Part shown: piece after piece, positions 49,474 to 61,900 of the stretch
How the letters are laid out: every line of letters starts with the position of its first letter
Numbering within the stretch: the stretch's first letter is position 1
DNA from: Massalongia carnosa
Taxonomy: Eukaryota
Length of the DNA: 64,000 nucleotides
Assembly: GCA_965645245.1 (NCBI GenBank)
Contig: OZ287070.1
Coordinates: 1,488,001-1,552,000 of the forward strand
Direction of reading: 5' to 3'
Program-made: the position numbers and the translations under genes
Notes under the pieces: model-generated
What the model was told of the DNA's origin: nothing
Seen by the model: only the letters and a program-made list of their open reading frames with translations
Databases searched by the model: none

Positions 49474-50181
49474 TTGCCTCAGTACCTCAAACATGCCTGG
49501 CTAAGCCCATTCGGGTTAGCCTTACAGAACATTAAGCCCCTTCGGGTTAACTGGCTGACTACGCAGCACATCTGTAGCAGTACCTCAGACCTGCCTTGCC
49601 CTCGCCACAGCTAAACCTATTCAGATTAGTATATTATTAGTCTAAAGCTAAGCTAGTTTAGTGAATAGTTTGGGTTAAGACTCTGTTTAGCTTACTACGT
49701 ATGCTTCGGGCGGCAGGTCTGAGTTCAAAACTCTGTAATTTTGCCAGGTTCGCGTTTTTTTGGTGACAACACATGTATATTTCGTGCTTAAGATAAAAAA
49801 TCATCGTTTTTCACGTTCAGGACAGGATCAACAATAACACATGATAATTGTTATATAATACTTCATTATCGCCGCTACTTTCAGATATGTTTATTGAATG
49901 TCCTAAAATTTAAACGCCCTGCATGCGTTGCGCGAATATCTTCCTAGTCGAGCAACATCGACTCAAATTGTTTCTCAAATCCCGACAACAGCACGACAAT
50001 ATCAAACTGAGTCTTGCTCTTCAAATCAACGGTCGGCGCTTATATCCCATCATATTGCCTTGACGGATCAAGTTATTGTAGTCCTTCAGGGCTCCGAACT
50101 CGAAAATCTAGTCGTCGTCCTTGCTAGCGTGCTTTTTGACAGTTCGAAACTCGATCAAGATTGTAGCGCTATTACATCAAT

Positions 50182-50945
50182 ATGAACGACGCGATACAGG
50201 CGTTGACTCTTGAGAAGATCGAGAGCGTTGTTGATCGTTATTTCGGGTTTCGTCTAAAGAGGGCGCAGGTGGATGCTCTTCATCATCTGTTGTGCGATAA
50301 GATGGATTTGATTTTGATAGCAAAAACAGGCTTCGGAAAAAGCATACTATTTCAAGGTGCTCCTTTGATGTTTTCGCCTTGCAAGTCGGTGTTGATAATC
50401 ATGCCTTTGATTGCACTGGAAGAAGAGCAATGTGAAAAACTTACTCTCATCGACAACTGTCGACCTATAGTGTTGAACGGAGATAATAACAACTCGTCTA
50501 CCTTGACTGCTATTCGTCATAGTCGTTACACTCATGATAAGTCGAATAAATCTGTTTGTATACAAGTCAGTGCTCTAATTGTTACTTACAGTATTCACGA
50601 GTCCAGAAATAGCAACGTCGAAATTGTTAACGAAATGGTTCTCAGTCATTCATCTTATTTCTCAAATCTTTGTCTGTTGGCTATCGACGGGCTGCATCTG
50701 GTATCGGAATGGCGTGATTTTCGACCTGAATACTTCAATCTTGGGGTGCTTCGAACATGATTGCCAGATGGAATACCCTTTTTGGGAGTTTCTGCAGCGT
50801 TGGATGAAGAAACCTTGAACTGCGTCAGAAGTCAATGTGGGTTTCATGATGAAACTCGACTTATCAAAACAGCTCTTGATTGACCAGAGATTTACATTCA
50901 AGTCAGTTCTTTGTTGAAATCACAAGCTGAAATGCTTGATCTTCA
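50182..50945 (+). pseudogene. RecQ-like SF2 helicase N-terminal fragment
   Basis: LKRAQVDAL; LILIAKTGFGKS (Walker A); IMPLIALEEEQ; LAIDGLHLV (degenerate DExH); W.DFRPEY..LG.LR*LPDGIPFLGVSA; stops and frameshift. Confidence 0.85.
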
Positions 50946-51880
50946 ATAGTTGTGCTTTCGTCTTTCATAACCGGCTTCAACGGATGATACTTCGTTCGAA
51001 GGCGATTCAGTCTTTTCAACACAGGCATGGATGTAACCCGAGGAAAGTTGAAGTCGCTGAATTTAGCATTGTAAAGGGCTTGGATTGCCGACTCGACATG
51101 ATGAATTTGAATCTTCGTCCACATTTCATCAGTTTCAAGTAAGCCGCTTGGAAAAGTGGTCGATGCTTACCTATGCGTCTATGTCATCTGGTTTCAATCT
51201 TAGTGCGAGTCATATGGCGGACAAAGGATAATTCTCAGGTTGCCACATATTTTGTCTCAAGACCGTTACCCCAAGGCCCTGTCCTTCAAATATCAAAGCG
51301 GTCGTAATTGATCGAAACTCTCTTACGTCACCGATTCTCTCGCCTCTTCGGCCTTCTGCAAAAACAAAATTATCATAGGTTACAACAGTAGTTGAAGCTC
51401 GTCGTCCTATCGTCCTTTATTTTCGCCTCGCTTCGTCACTTAAGCTTGACATGCGCCGTTGAAGAGTGGAATACGACATTGTCAAGCCAAGTTGACATAA
51501 AGTATCCAGAACTCTGCGCCTGGCGCCACTCTGATAGATATAAAGGCCCATGACGCTCTGAAAATTTGTTGACGTATTCGGGCGCAACATGTGACAAAAG
51601 AGGGACAATATAGTCAACTGCCGCCCGACCGGAATAGCGCGCTGAGGATGAGTGGACTCGTCTCGGTGGGCATCACAACAGACGCGCTGAATAGGATCTA
51701 GCCATCGTGGCGCCTTACTCATGATGACCGATGCGGCACCCTTGAAGCTATTTAAGGTGCCCAGCTCGTCAGTCTCCGACGGTGGGTGGAAAACCCCAAA
51801 TGCGGCCGTTGCAACCAGTGCATTGAGCTCCGCTCGAAGGGCCTCCGCGACCCAGGTCCAACCCTGTTCATGAAGGATGA
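50945..51880 (-). pseudogene. Academ-type (DUF6589-like) transposase fragment
   Basis: TNFQSVMGLYIYQSGARRRVLDTLCQLGLTMSYSTL; VVTYDNFVFAEGRRGERIG..FRSITTALIF; TKYHPLKPVMKDESTT; interrupted by stops. Confidence 0.6.
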
Positions 51881-52968
51881 TTGCCGCTCGATCCTAGCTT
51901 TGCCGTACATAGTCTAGCTATAGAGATGACAAGTTAATTATGAATCAATGACCGCTTGCAGCTGTCATTCTCTTACTATTTTCGTGACTCAACTAGATGT
52001 CCAATGTAGACTGAGATCCGCGCCTTTGTCTAACTTGCATCGAGGTTAAAAAGCGCGCTCATTGTTCCTTGATGGCGTTCTACAGCACGCATAGTCTGTC
52101 GTGTAGTTGGAAAACACATAAATAACACACATAGAAAACGATGGGATGGTATAACACAATCGAGTTGATATTTTACGTTTAATCGGGTAAGGCGGCTTGG
52201 TATTTTAACATTTTCTCATTTATAAGGCAAACCTGCCTGTATTATTGAGTTTTGCCCTCAGACGTGCTGGCACAGCGAACTTAGTAAGTAAAGTCTAACT
52301 ATAAAAAGTTAGACTTGTATGCTAAATAAGTTAGCGCCGAGTTAACCGGAAAAGGTTAATAAAGGCGAAGGCTCACGTCTGAGGTACTGAGGCAAGTCTG
52401 AGCCCAAAACTCAAGATTACGGTCAGATATGGCTTAACGATCATGACAAGAACGATTTCGACCTTATAGAACAACGTCACAACTTCATTGTTTTCATGTT
52501 TGTAACGTCGTCGCCGCTTGATATGATCATGATCAATATATTTTTGATTTTTTCGTTATAAATTTCAATCTTTATTTTTGTTTATAACATGCAGAGCAAT
52601 TTTACATACATCTTGTTATTTTCGTTAAGTCGATTCTCGATTTCTATGCGAAGTGCAATCAGATTGCCACATGAACTTTACAACGAACAGGAATTTCAGG
52701 AAACTTTCTATACAAATTCTACTTGAATTCTTTCGAAGAAATAGCCCGTGTCAAGCGAAAAAGCAAGACGTCAAAATGTCGAAAAATCGCAATAATACAT
52801 GATTTATTACGAATATCTGACCGTAATATTTAGTTTTGCGCTCAGACGTGCTATCGCAGCCACGTTAGTCAGCTGGGACGCTAATCCGAAGGAGCTTAGC
52901 GAAATAGGCTAACCCGGAGGGGCTTAGACGGCTCCTAGAGCCCACGCACGTCTGAGGTACTGAGGCAA

Positions 52969-54967
52969 GTCAGATCAAGTTATAAGAAACTGCTGATTAA
53001 GAAACCTCGGCTAGTAAGAAACTCGGACGAAAAGACCGGTTTTTTTCTGGTGAGGGATAAGAAACCTCGCTCTATTAGAAAGTTTCTTAACTTTCTCTAA
53101 AAATTTTGCGGTGGTTTCTTATAGTAAATATAACTTAACCTTCGACTTCTTTGAGATATAATAGTCAAAATCCGGAGACTCTATCTCGAAATCCTCGAAA
53201 ACGTTCTATATCCCCGCTTTCTCCCAGAGAGAGAAGCAGAAAAAAGCGTGACGCCTTTATCGACGATCAACGACGAGCATTACGACAGCGTTACCAAGAT
53301 CCTGCTGTATCCGGAGATGACAAGAAATACGAAAAACTGGTCGTTTGGTTTGACAATCTTTACCGTCATAAAATTGACAAAGGACAAGTTTCCAAAATCC
53401 TCTCACATAAATGGGCTCATCTGGATACATCTCACGCATTGCTACGCCCGAATCTGAAGAAAATTCGAACTGCACATTGGTCTGAATTAGAAACGGCTTT
53501 ATTTGAGTGGCAACAGCGCATGCAACGCAAAAGAGCCCTTTGTCGGGCGATTTGTTAAGAGAAATGGCCTTAAAATTTTGGAAACGATTGCCTCTGTACC
53601 GTAATCAATCATCTTTCAGGTTCTCTATTGGATGGCTGAATTCTTTCAAAAGAAGATACAAGATTACAAAACATAAACAACACGGCGAGCTCGATTCCGT
53701 CAAGCGTGTGGAGGTTGAAGAAGAGTTAGAAGTAATACGGGTACAGCTATTATCATACGATCAGGAAGATATCTACAACATGGATGAAACTGCGTTATTT
53801 TGAAAGGCTACACTCAGTACTACATTGGCTACGGAACAGCTCCCAGGCGGCAAGGTGGAAAAAGCGAGAATTACTGCAAATTTCTGTTGCAATGCTACTG
53901 GAACTTGCAAGCTTCTCATATGGTTCATTGGGACGGTCAAAAATCCGCGTGCTTTTGGTTCACAGGGTGTTCACGCTTGTAACCTGCATATGATATGGCG
54001 CAGTAACAGTAGAGCTTGGATGTCGGGCGATATATTTCGGGAGTATTTACGCTGATTTAATGGCAACGTAAGTCGTAAGTCGTAAGGTTGTATTGTTAAT
54101 TGACAATTTTTCAGCTCATCAAAGCGGCTGGGATATCATAGTTGCTGGCGTTATATTTCTGTCAGTCAATGCTATCAGCTTATGCCAGCCGCTGGATCAG
54201 GGTATTATAGGCGCTTTCAAGGCTCATTACAGACAACGCTGACTAGAATACATAACCTCCGAATACGACGCAGATGGGGAGCCGTTAAAAACCATCAACG
54301 TACTGATGGCAATACGTTGATGCGTAGCCGCCTGGAATTACGGTGTTACTCAGTTAACTATCTCTAATTGTTGACTGAAATCTCGTGTAATCGGGACAAA
54401 ACATGGGCCAATGACTCGAGAAGAGGCAGAGAAATATGACTATCTCAATGAGACTCGAACGCAAGAGCAAGAAACGGAGCAACGACTACAGATACAAGCT
54501 ACAATACGGCGTTTGAAAGACCGTGATCATATACAAAGCGTCATGCGTATTGACGAATTTGTGAACCCTGTTGAAGAGGTGGTAGAGGATACCGAAGAGG
54601 ATTTGGAGGATCACATCGTTGCTTTATATGATGGCCATGAAAGAGAATACGAGACGGAGAAGGAGGTCATTGTATCACGTGTTCAAAACAAGGACGCTCT
54701 ACGAGCTCTTAAAACGTTATGGTTATATGAGGAGCAACGAGAGGTCGGTGACGATGATTTGATACGTCGTTTGAATCGTAAAGAGTGGGATATCAAGACC
54801 TCAATGGCGATTAGCTCTAGGCAAGTTGTAATGACGGATTTCTTTGCCATTAGGTAGTCGATAGGTATAGTCTTGAAAATATGCCAAGAATTTTGATATT
54901 AGAAACCTCACTTAATAAGAAACCTAGGTGTTACGATTTTGGAGTTTCTTATAACCCGATCTGACTG
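52969..54967 (+). mobile_element. Decayed pogo/Tigger-like (CENP-B HTH + DDE_1) transposon
   Basis: GTCAGATCAAGTTATAAGAAACT left vs AGTTTCTTATAACCCGATCTGACTG|TA right (54943-54967); ELETALFEWQ, FSIGWLNSFKRRY, IYNMDETALF, LLIDNFSAH, CQPLDQGII; many stops; left terminal CA and TA absent. Confidence 0.88.
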
Positions 54968-55900
54968 TAGTGTCCTTGGTACTCTTACGGAGTATTCCGT
55001 ACCGAGTACTCAATATAGAACAAATCTGTGTATAACTTGGTTCTCATGCAGGCTACCCTAAACACTAAAATAGGCTTCTATTCTTCTGTATCTAGGTACA
55101 GAGTATATAAATGATTTGGCAGGAATCTGTTTGCCCTTGAACGTTCCCAACTAGTTCCAGGGCATTGCTTCGGCTGTTCCATAGAGAATTGCAGGGACTC
55201 CAAGATGTACCCTGTATTCTTTATGTATAATCACTAAAATTAGTTAGTCAGCGCTCTTGATCAAATGCCAAGACTGCACAGAGAACTTTGATTGTAGAAG
55301 AGAAGTTCTATCGAAAATCAGTACAGAGTACTTACCGACATTCCACCTGGTAAAATACATGAGACGATCCTGTATTCTTACGCTGTGTAGGAAGGTATAG
55401 AAGTGTTAGCGTCGTATGATGAATGAGGAGCGTGTCAGCGTGCATTCGCCATTTCAACCTGGATCGTTCCACCCTGATTGGCTCTACCTTGTTTGGTTTA
55501 ACTAGCGTACTCCGTAAGTCTTTCGAGTTTATCTTTCCCTCGCTGATTCTCACCCCGAAAACCCTCAACTCTGCACGATAGCGCGCCTAGGATCTTCTTC
55601 AGCGCAAAGATCTTGTTGACCTACACGACACCTGTCCGTCAAGTGCATCACCCTCGTACTCACTGTTTATCGCGCACTAAAAATATTCGTCTCCTCGCCC
55701 TTTTTACCCGTCAGTTAAGGCCAATCATTAAGTATTTGACACAAATGCAACTGGGCTGAATGATCGCTGTGTACATCTAGGTGACGAGCAACGTGCCCAG
55801 AATCGTCGCGTCCCTTGCACACGCATGCGATTCAGGCCAAGGACTTTCTGAACTCATTGTCTCTACACTACAACGCCAAAAATAGGCTGTCTGTCATAGT

Positions 55901-57748
55901 ATGACAGATCCCTCGCTTTCTGTTAAAACGCATGCGGCGCCTTTTGTCGATTCGGTCGCTGGACCCGTACCTTCGTCTGCCAAGCTTGCTCACTTCTCGA
56001 AACCGACCGATGTTCCCGTTGACGAAGAAGAGAACTACACCATCAAATGCATCTGTGGCTTTCAAGATGATGACGGGAGTACTGTGTTCTGCGAACGATG
56101 CGAAACTTGGCAACATATTGTCTGTTACTATTACTTTGAAGGAACGGTTCAAGATGTCAGCAATATTGATCACAACTGCGCAGATTGCGAGCCCAGGCAA
56201 CTCGATGCTCAAGGTGCGACCGAGCGGCAAAGTAACAAACGTCGAGAAGAACCTGATCCCCGAAAAGTTAAGAAGACAACGACAAAGAGCCATAAGAAGA
56301 AGGTGAAGGTTCCTGACTCCCACCTTTCGCTGACGAATGGATGGTCTCATGAATCTCATGAGCGCACCAGTCCAAGCCCCAAAGACCAACTTCCTCCCGC
56401 AAAGAGACCCAAGACATGTCACAGGCCTTCCGGTTCGTTGCAGTTTCCTCTAGCGTCTCTTAACTCACAGCCTCAAGCAGGCAAGCGCTCTGCGTCGTCC
56501 TCTTGCACCTTTCACAGTCCAACAGAGCTGCCAAACGGTCACTCGCCAAATAGCTATTCCACCGAGCCCTACAGTTTTGAGTTCTTACATTTATATGATG
56601 ACGATCCAGGCGATGCTCCAATGCAAGCAAATCTGTTCAACGACATCACCATCACCGAGAGTCTCTCCACATGGTCACGCGACGTAGAATCCTTACGAGA
56701 TGCAACAAATGGCTTATCAACTCAGGAAGTTTTCCATCGTTGTGAGCAACCTCTTGACTCTATGACCTTACCCTGTTTGCGGAAGGACCAGAAGCAAGAC
56801 ATATCACATGAGATAGATGGGCAGTACCCTAGATGGAAGTTTTTGACTATCGATACCCTGACTCCGAAGGATGCTATTGTTGGCGAGTTACGAGGAAAGA
56901 TTGGCCACAAGCAAAATTATGCCCAGGATCCGCTGAATCGATGGGATTATCTCCGACATCCTGTTCCGTTTGTTTTCTTTCACCCCAAGCTACCAATTTA
57001 TATAGACACACGTTGTGAAGGCACAACCTGTCGGTATCTGCGACGAAGCTGCCACCCAAATCTAAGCATGAAGACTATCCTCGAGAATGGATCAGACTAC
57101 CATTTTTGTTTTGTCGCCAAACATGATCTCGTACCTGGAGAGGAGCTGACCATAGGATGGGTTCTGGATGAACATATCCGCAGTTTTGTTCATCATCGCC
57201 GCTCTGATGAAGCAAAGCAAGACGACACCGAAGAAGAATATGTGACAGACTGGGTTGGCAAAGTGCTTGCAGACTTTGGCGGTTGTGCATGTGATGCTCC
57301 AAGCAAATGCACTCTGGCGAGGTATGACCGGCGCCATTGCGGATCAGGTAGTAACGTCGCAAGACCGGTATCGAACGGTAAGTTAATAAAGGGGCGAAAT
57401 GGATATGCCAATAAGCCATCACCGCCAAGTACTGGCTACGCGACAAACAGTAGGGCAGGTAGCGAGATATACAAGCATCAAGATGAGGATGAGCACGAAG
57501 ATAATCGATCAACATCAGGCTCAATGCGCAGCAAGCCACCAAGCAGAGATTTAACGCCAACGCATAGAGCCTCTGGTGACACCGGGTTCGTACCTGGGGT
57601 AGAGCTTTCGGATCGTGAGAAGAGGAATATTGCTGCTATGGAAAAGAACTTTGAGCAACTTGAGCAGGAGAGGCAACCAGCCCCCAAAAAAAAGAACCGC
57701 AACAGCGGTGGTTCAACTTTCAACAATACGGCCGCAGCTCCTCCCTTG
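55901..57748 (+). CDS. SET3: PHD-finger and SET-domain protein (Set3/Set4 family); exon 1, with downstream exon(s) not visible
   Basis: IKCICGFQDDDGSTVFCERCETWQHIVCY..HNCADC; YIDTRCEGTTCRYLRRSCHPN; GEELTIGW; LSDREKRNIAAMEKNFEQLE; donor GTGAGT 57749, acceptor TAG 57805; unspliced frame stops at 57778. Confidence 0.88.
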
Positions 57749-57799
57749 GTGAGTACTATCCAGGACTTTGTGAGGTAGCTTTTGCTGATTAGCTTGTCA

Positions 57800-58080
57800 A
57801 TATAGTACTGAAAGAACTCCTCGGCTACTTTGGGCAACACTACCTCATTTGGTTAAATTTAACCCGAAAAAGGGAAGGCGGGTTGCGGAACATATCTATA
57901 TAGTACTGAAAGAGTTCCCCTGCTACTTTGGGCAACACTACCTCATTCGGTTAGATCCAACCTCATGCGGTTAGGTTTAACCCGAAAAAGGGAACGCGGC
58001 TTGCGGAACAGTACTGAGTTATCAAATAATGCGGAGAGGACGCCGTACGGAAAGGACCAAAAAGAGGCACCTCATTGCGA
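57800..58080 (+). repeat. Tandem partial plus full copy of the dispersed repeat
   Basis: ATATAGTACTGAAAGA..GCTACTTTGGGCAACACTACCTCATT occurs at 57800 and 57898; first copy lacks a ~20-nt internal segment; second matches 49311-49473. Confidence 0.9.
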
Positions 58081-58957
58081 GCATGCATTTCATCGTATGA
58101 TATCGTAAAACTTTGCAGACCTATTAATCACATCAACCATAGTCGATATCTCAAAACTTGCGTGCTTTTTCGCCCGTTTGCCGTGGGGGGAGGAGGTCTC
58201 TTCGAGAAGCATCAGATTTTCTTTGAAATCATCCCTAAGAGGTTTAGCGCGGACTTGATTGGGTTTACGGTGCTTTTCGTGTTGTTTGCCTATCATCGCA
58301 GCTCTTTTCATCCTAGCCTTTTCACCGCAGCTCTTTCACCGCAGCTTTTTTCCATTTCAATCAGGTAAAGAATCTTCTCCATCGCAGCTCCCTTCATCTC
58401 AGCCAGCTAATAATTCTTTCTACTTTAGCTCTTCATGTCTCAACCCGTTTTTGCTCTTACTCAGGCCTCCGCACGTTCCGTAAATCAAATCGAACGATGC
58501 CGCAACAATAAAAACAATTCGCCGTACGGCGTTTTTCGGGTAAGAATTCTCATTTGAATTTTGACGTTTTGATTAATTATTTCATTAGGTGCAAAACAAA
58601 CTCCTGTTATTCAGTCTCGATCCCGTTTTGTTTCTTCAGAGGCTCCCATTTTTTCTTCTATCGTTTCCGAATTTCGGGTTGACGCGTTATTGATTGATTG
58701 ATTGATTTTTCTTACGCCGATATGACACCAGCTGAAGCTGGCCCATGCGGGAGATACTACATAGGCTATATAAAGGCAGAAAACCCGAACGGGTAAAAAA
58801 CTGCTCCTGCGTACCAGGTTTGTAGAGGACTCGCTCTTTCCCCGGGTTGATCTCTACGGTTTGGGAAACCCGCTATACCCGTTATGCGCCTGAGTAAGTG
58901 CAAGAATAAAAGAGAAGAAAAGAAAATAAGTAGAAGAAAAAACCAATTCTCCTCTCA

Positions 58958-61900
58958 TTATTGCTCCGTCATTTGCGCGGCAATGGTGTACTGTGTTAGT
59001 ATGCCCGTACGCATAAGCCATGCAGTGATTATTTTGATCGCTTTGGGGTCTGTTATCAGTTTTTGATAATCCAGCGAGCCAGCTGCACGCAACATATCGA
59101 TTCTATTATGCAATCCGCAGAACATTATCACATGTTTCGCCGTTTGAAAGCGGCTTCCGCACAGGCAGGCCGCGGACTCAATGTCTGGCACCTTGCGTTT
59201 GAATAGAAAACTCGCTAACCCGATTTTCTCTGTTCTAATTTGAATTGCGAGGGAGCTTTGCGCCTTATTCAGCAGCTTGTGCGTGTTCAACCTGTTTTTG
59301 TGCAATGGACCCGACTGTGCTATTGTTGGATCAAGCGTATGTATTGATTGATACGCTATCCATTTGTCCTTCCATTTTTCTTTAAATCGTTTCGCTATGA
59401 TTCCGTCTCTTTCTCTTTGAAGTGCGGCATATTCTGCTCGTTTTTCCTCTTGTGCATTCTCCGCTTTTTCCCATGGTGGTGTGCGTTTGGGCTTTCTCTT
59501 TGTTGATACTTCAGCTGTCAGCTTGGCCACCCATCTCTGTCTACGAGCTCCCGGTGTTTCTCCAATAATCCGTTGTCGCCCTCTTTTCCCTTTCAATCTC
59601 GTTCTGATTTTCTCGCATGCCTGTTCTATGACTTTTGCCTGACCGTTGTGTTGTAGCCTCGATCTACCTTTGGCCTGCAGATGATCCAAATGTTGCGTCA
59701 ATGGACAGATGAATGTTTCCGCCTGTAACACCTCGATGGGTGTGGCCCTGTACGCTCCGGCTACTACTCGTAAACATTTGTTTTGTACGATCTCGAGTTT
59801 GCTTTTCCTCGTGACTTTGACGTGCTTTTGTGTTTCCTCCGGCGTGTGCCATACCAGAGAACCATGGGTCATTGCCGGGCGTACCACCGCCGTGTACACG
59901 TGACGGGCTTGTAGGAGGGTCGCACCCCAAGTGGCTGCGGCGATTCTAGTCAGCGCTCTCGTTTGTCTCGTCATTTTCTTCTGTATCTCTTTGTAGTGCG
60001 CCGACCAATTGAGCCTCGTGTCTATGTACACCCCCAGCACTCGTACAGATTTCGTGACGTTGAGTAGTTTGCCGTTTACTGTGAAGGAAGCTTCGAGATT
60101 GAATTTCTTGGGATTTTTTGCTAGATGTATGAGCTCGTATTTATGCGGCGCGAACACGGAGCCGTGGCGTTTCGCCCATCGTTCGCAATTCTCGTGTATT
60201 TCTTTCAATGTTTTGCAATTTTCTTCCGTGGATTTGCCATATGTCAGGATGTTCACGTCGTCTACGAATCCTATGCCTGCCGCGTTTGTGCTGGGTCTAT
60301 TGCAAATGTCTAAGAGGTCCGCATTGTAAAAGAGATATAGAATGGGAGATAGAGGAGATCCCTGAGGGATTCCTATGCTCAGCGGAAATGCGTTAGTGGT
60401 GCGTTGATTAATCGTGAGCGTGGTTTCTCTTTCTTTCAAGAAACTATCCGTCCATTTGGCTATCCACTCTGGGATCTTTCGTTTTCTCATGTTGTGAATG
60501 AGCCTACGATGAGAGACGGTGTCAAAGGCTCCCGATACGTCTATGCTCAATAGAGATGCCACTTTATCGTTACCCTGATTCCATACGGTGTGCACTTGTT
60601 CAGTGAGCAGCTCCAGTGCTGTTTCCGTTCCGCGGCCCGGCCTTGCACCCATTTGAGTATCCGGGATCAGTTTAAATTCTTCCGTCAGATGGCTAATTTT
60701 CCTTGCTATAATGGATTCCAATGCTTTGCCCAACGTGTTCAACAACGCTATGGGTCTCCATGCCTTGGGATCCGTATAGTTTCCTTTTCCTGGCTTCTTT
60801 AGCGTGATAGTGTTGGCGATTTTAAAGACTTTCGGATGATATCCTTCATTCACACATGCTTGAAAAAGTGGTGTCAGCAATTTGATTAGGTTTTCTGAAC
60901 AGGCTTTGAGAATTCTATTTGTGATTCCATCCGGTCCTGGGGCTTTGTCTGGCTTTGGCTTTCGCAGCGCCGCCGCCACTTCTTCTTCCGTTATCAGTGC
61001 TGGACATTCTGGTGTTGGAGGGTACGAATATCCTACGAGATCCCCGAGATCCGCGTTAGGAGGAGGGGGAAAGAAGGACTTCTTCAGCATATTTACTCTC
61101 TTCTCGAACGTGTCTGCTATCGTATTGGGATTTTGTGCTGTTGCTAACGGGGGCATTTTTGGAATTTCTCTTGGTGCGTCGCTTCTGTCTTTGCCCCATT
61201 TTGCGAGTCGGAAGAGTCCTGTTCTTGATGCTGCAACTTCGGCCATTTGTTCTCTGAAATGAAGATTTCTTGCCTTACCGATGATTTTCTGTTTTTTGTC
61301 GTTCATTCTGATGTAGTTTTTCCAGTCTGACAGATTTCTTTCCGCCGTCCAGATCCTACGAAGCCTGCGGGTCTCCTTCGTTGCCTCCTCGCACTCTCTA
61401 TTCCAGAAGGACTTCGCCTGGGGACTAGGTTTAGCCCATGGTACCGCCTCCTGAACGATTCTTTTGAGGTAGTCTTGAATATCTGCAGTGTATGCATCAA
61501 TTTCGTTGGCGCCTCGTACGACGCGTGGTGTGGGGGCATTTCTCTCAACTTCTCTCAGTTTATTCATGTCCAGGAGTTTCCAGGCTCTTCGGCGGGGAGG
61601 CGTAAGGGGTTCACAGGTGAGGCGGAGCCTCGTCGATATTGGTACGTGATCTGAGTCTTGATTCAGCTCCGGGACTGTGATACAGTGTTCCAATCTTTCT
61701 ACGAGATCTTCCGTCATGAACACCAGATCGATGGTGCTGAATGAGTTTCTTGCCTCCCATGTCACTGTTCCTCTTGGCAGGGTGAGCGAAAGATTTTTAC
61801 TTTCAATGATGTCTAGTAGCTGTTCGGACGCCTCGTGTTGACCTCGCACTCTCGCACCTCCCCAATGTGGATGATGAAGGTTGAAATCCCCTAGCAAGAT

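Larger units (their letters stand above)
49474..52968. mobile_element. Academ/AcademH-like TIR element complex (helicase-carrying element nested in a related non-autonomous element)
   Basis: TTGCCTCAGTACCTCA at 49474 inverse to TGAGGTACTGAGGCAA ending 52395 and 52968; second left motif CAGTACCTCAGAC at 49578; inner inverted pair 52396-52430 / 52813-52847; convergent RecQ-like and transposase-like remnants. Confidence 0.7.

Noticed and set aside
50182..50945. Host RecQ gene (SGS1/HRQ1)
   Set aside because: Fragmentary, with stops, enclosed by TIRs and paired with a transposase-like remnant
53801..54374. TGA read as Trp (alternative code or mitochondrial origin)
   Set aside because: Many Trp codons in the same ORF are TGG, there are frameshifts, and nuclear genes in the window use TGA as stop; mutation explains it better
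57800..58080. CRISPR-like array or structural RNA gene
   Set aside because: Only 2-3 long degenerate copies, no repeat-spacer periodicity, eukaryotic context, no tRNA/rRNA/snRNA hallmark recognised
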